Positions 60,106-64,000 of a stretch of DNA of 64,000 nt are shown piece after piece; the first letter of the stretch is position 1; every line of letters begins with the position of its first letter. This DNA is from Macrostomum lignano. Taxonomy: Eukaryota. The DNA is taken from assembly GCA_002269645.1 (NCBI GenBank), contig NIVC01000536.1, positions 186,001 to 250,000 of the forward strand. Direction: 5' to 3'. The notes below the pieces were generated by a model, which was not told the origin of the DNA, made no database searches, and was given only the letters and a program-made list of their open reading frames with translations. The translations under genes and the position numbers were made by a program.

Positions 60106-61154
60106 AAACAGAGATGGAGATTGGGGAGACTGTACAAGTCCCTAAGACTGGTGTGAAATTCAAGATCAAGTAAAGGGTCAGATTAGAGACTGACCCTCCG
60201 TTACAGCCTGAAAGTACAGATTCGGGCCATAGACAGAACCTGCACATGCACCCCTTCCACTCGTAGAGCCGTGGATTGATCGATTTTTATACTATTAGAA
60301 CGGCTAAGAGAGGCTGTCATCCTGACTTTAATATTTCAAAATTTCTGACACGTGAAAAAATTCTGAATTGACCAGAGAGGTTCTCATATCTCATAGCTAA
60401 TCAAAAGCTTTCCCATGCAATTTTTTTGCGGAAAAATACTCGACTCACTCAACCGAGGCCGAATTCCCAAAAACAAAGCGCCCCTGTCTGCATTGACAAA
60501 TTGTGAAAAGAAGCACAGAAGCGACAAATGATGCTTTCCGGGTTGCCCATGTCTGTTCAAGAGGATTTGTTTACGCCCTGACCTGCAGCTTGGCTGCCTG
60601 CCTAGCTCGAGGGTCGGTGGGATATTAATCCCCAATATTGGTCTCCTTTCGGGTTGTCGGCTTATGCCGTAATCCCCACACAGTCTCAGCGATGACGCAA
60701 TCGAAGGGTCGCCATCCGATTCAGCCCCAGCCTCCTTCTCTGTCTCCATCCGACAAAAAACTATTCTGTCACAGGTGCTACAGCAACCTCGTTTTGCTCT
60801 ACTAAATATTAATATGTTGTTTTTACAAGGGATTAAGTACAGACCGATTAGCTGCCCCTCAAAATATTTGTGCAGATTTGACCAACTGTGTATTGGCTTA
60901 TTGTGAGTTGCGCAATAATCCTACGTGGGGGGATTATCGTGAGAGGCGGTGAGGGTTCAGTTAGGGACTGAGGGCATTAGGGACTGTGAGCTTGCATAAG
61001 TTAACTCTCTTTATTTTCTTTGTGTGCTGTTGAGTTTCAAGACGGAAAAAAATTCCTTCGATTGAAGATCCCGTGCCCTCGATTGGGTGGAGGTTGTTCG
61101 CGCCATCGTGAGCAAATTATGGCTGGGAGAGAGTATGGATAAAGCTAGATTTTA

Positions 61155-61745
61155 GACTGAGAGCTAGAGATCAGGAGACTGAGAAGTAGAGATCAGAAGG
61201 CGAAGAGGTAGATAGGAGACTGAGAAGTAGATTGGAGACTGAGAGGTAAATAGGAGACTGAGAAGTAGATTGGAGACTGAGAGGTAGATAGGAGACAGAG
61301 TGGAAGAGATCGGGAGACTGAGAGGTAGATTGGAGATTGAGAGGTAGATAGGAGATTGAGAGGTAGATAGGAGACTGAGAGATAGATAGGAGACGGAGTG
61401 GTAGATAGGAGACTGAGAGATAGATAGGAGACGGAGTGGTAGATAGGAGACTGAGAGGTAGATAGGAGACGGAGTGGTAGATAGGAGACTGAGAGGTAGA
61501 TAGGAGATTGAGAGGTAGATAGGAGACGGAGTGGTAGATAGGAGACTGAGAGGTAGATAGGAGATTAAGAGGTAGATAGGAGACGGAGTGGTAGATAGGA
61601 GACTGAGAGGTAGATAGGAGACGGAGTGGTAGATAGGAGACGGAGTGGTAGATAGGAGACGGAGTGGTAGATAGGAGACGGAGTGGTAGATAGGAGACTG
61701 AGAGGTAGATAGGAGACGGAGTGGTAGATAGGAAATTGAGAGGTA
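61155..61745. repeat. ~19-20-bp repeat (gagaggtagataggagact / ggagtggtagataggagac)
   Basis: Direct. Confidence 0.9.
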
Positions 61746-62979
61746 GAGGCAACTGAAGAAGACATGGTGGCTGCAGATGACTTTAGGAAAAAGAGGGTCG
61801 CAAATGCTACGAGTAAATGAGTACAAAAAAGGTTATATAAAACCAGCAAAATGACTGCCGAAAGCCAGCCTCACAAGGCCTCTCGCTAATTACTCAATGC
61901 TCTCCCCGTGAAGTGTCTGCCAAAAGCAAGGAATTCTGTTTCATAAAATTCCACAAAAGATATCAAATGGTGTTGTTTTTTATGTGACTCAACACTGATT
62001 TTCACACAGTCAGTAGCCTGATGAAGCGACACTCTAAGAGGCTGACTTGCCCCTCTCCTGGTTGCATCATCATCATCGATACTAAAGGGATTGAAAAAGA
62101 AGAAAATTGATGCAGCAGATGAGATGCTGCAATGGCCCCACCCGTACAAAATGAGATGCCGCAGGATGAGCTGATGAAGGGTTGAGGCTGATGCTGGCAC
62201 TGGTTCTTCTTTCTTTCCAGCAGTTCAGCCAGAAAGAAGGGTCAAAAGCCACTTAAGGATGCTGGGCCTCCATCCCCAAGCAGAAATAGTGTTAGGGGGG
62301 TCAGGGGGCACGGGGTGTCAAGAGCTTCCTACTGAAGTGTCTGCCTTCCCCCGCCTCATCCCCAGCCTCTCCGCAATGGCTGATGCAGCGGGAATCCACT
62401 CGACTCCGGAGCCTGGGCGATGATATCCCCGCGACTCCAGAGTCCGCGGGTCCTCCGCAATGGGAATTCTAAGTGGTGACCTCCGTGACCCCCCTACCTG
62501 TGTAGAGCTGAGAAGCCGGGTGCTCAACAGCTGGTGTGTGCCACGCCCAAACATTTGGCAAATCTGGGCACTGAGCACTGGACATCTCAGGGCCAGGTTT
62601 CTGTGCTCAACGTCTGGGGATCTCAATGGGATAAATTTATTGTGGTTCCCCAGCTGCATTTGGTGACTCTCACTCAGACTCGCCACTTCTTGCCACTCCA
62701 GTGCGTCACTCAATCGCAACTGAGCATTTGAACAGTCTTCTGCGCTCCTGTCTGTCTTTTGGCCTCTGTTAGACTAAGCTGTTCGTGATATAGAGAAACC
62801 CGCATGAGAATGGGATAATTATATATTATTACTGCCTGAAGTTTTGCATTAATCAATTCTATTTGTGAATAGAAAGATAAATAGTGGCTGGCTGCATCCT
62901 TATGCAATTTCATTCGATTATTGCCCGCGGCAACATGGGCCAGAAAATGTCTGACCATTCTATTCATTTTTATATGATG

Positions 62980-64000
62980 CTGGATAGATTAGCAATCCAT
63001 TCTATTCCTTTTATATGATGCTGGATAGATTAGCAATCCATTCTATTCCTTTTATATGATGCTGGATAGATTAGCAATCCATTCTATTCCTCTTTATATG
63101 ATGTTGGGTAGATTAGCAATCCATTCTATTCCTTTTATATGATGCAGACTAGATTAGCAATCCATTCTATTCCATCATCAGTGATGCAGGCTAGATTAGC
63201 AATCCATTCTATTCCATCATCAGTGATGCAGACTAGATTAGCAATCCATTCTATTCCATCATCAGTGATGCAGGCTAGATTAGCAATCCATTCTATTCCA
63301 TCATCAGTGATGCAGACTAGATTAGCAATCCATTCTATTCCTTTTTATATGATGCAGACTAGATTAGCAATCCATTCTATTCCATCATCAGTGATGCAGG
63401 CTAGATTAGCAATCCATTCTATTACATCATCAGTGATGCAGGCTAGATTAGCAATCCATTCTATTCCATCATCAGTGATGCAGACTAGATTAGCAATCCA
63501 TTCTATTCCATCATCAGTGATGCAGACTAGATTAGCAATCCATTCTATTCCTTTTTATATGATGCAGACTAGATTAGCAATCCATTCTATTCCTTTTTAT
63601 ATGATGCAGACTAGATTAGCAATCCATTCTATTCCATCATCAGTGATGCAGGCTAGATTAGCAATCCATTCTATTCCATCATCAGTGATGCAGACTAGAT
63701 TAGCAATCCATTCTATTCCATCATCAGTGATGCAGGCTAGATTAGCAATCCATTCTATTACATCATCAGTGATGCAGGCTAGATTAGCAATCCATTCTAT
63801 TCCATCATCAGTGATGCAGACTAGATTAGCAATCCATTCTATTTCTCTTTATATGATGCTGGATAGATTAGCAATCCATTCTACTCCTTTTATATGATGC
63901 TGGATAGATTAGCAATCTATTCTATTCCTCTTTATATGATGCTGGATAGATAAGCAATCCATTCTATTCCTTTTATATGATGTTGGGTAGATTAGCAATC
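62980..64000. repeat. Same 42-bp satellite family as 51630-54415 in inverted orientation, running off the window
   Basis: gatgcaggctagattagcaatccattctattcc is the reverse complement of ggaatagaatggattgctaatctagcctgcatc. Confidence 0.96.

Overview
Eukaryotic (animal) genomic DNA, not prokaryotic. Bases ~3.6-33.4 kb hold a compact cluster of GC-rich, intron-containing housekeeping genes. On the + strand these are BUB3, an ankyrin-repeat/death-like-domain protein and TAMM41. On the - strand they are an orphan pseudokinase fragment, DDX51, ABT1, GSS and LPCAT. I rebuilt the exon structures by hand from splice sites, reading-frame phase and recognisable family motifs. Bases ~36.8-64 kb are almost entirely mini/microsatellite arrays with short unique islands and no recognisable gene. 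GC-rich exons, minisatellite-filled introns and repeated CCAAT motifs suggest a free-living flatworm such as Macrostomum; this is an inference and was not checked against a database. Most interesting signal: LPCAT, GSS and probably DDX51 lack an in-frame ATG at the start of their conserved coding frame. LPCAT and GSS begin instead at a phase-0 3' splice acceptor; the DDX51 acceptor is weaker. BUB3 and TAMM41 have an acceptor exactly 8 nt before their ATG. This fits a spliced-leader trans-spliced, operon-like cluster in which the leader's terminal AUG supplies the start codon. Also notable: an IkB-like ankyrin protein with duplicated degron-like motifs, inverted minisatellite arrays bracketing LPCAT exon 1, and a GC-AG intron filled with G-quadruplex-consensus units. 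Most long ORFs in the supplied track are artefacts of tandem repeats.
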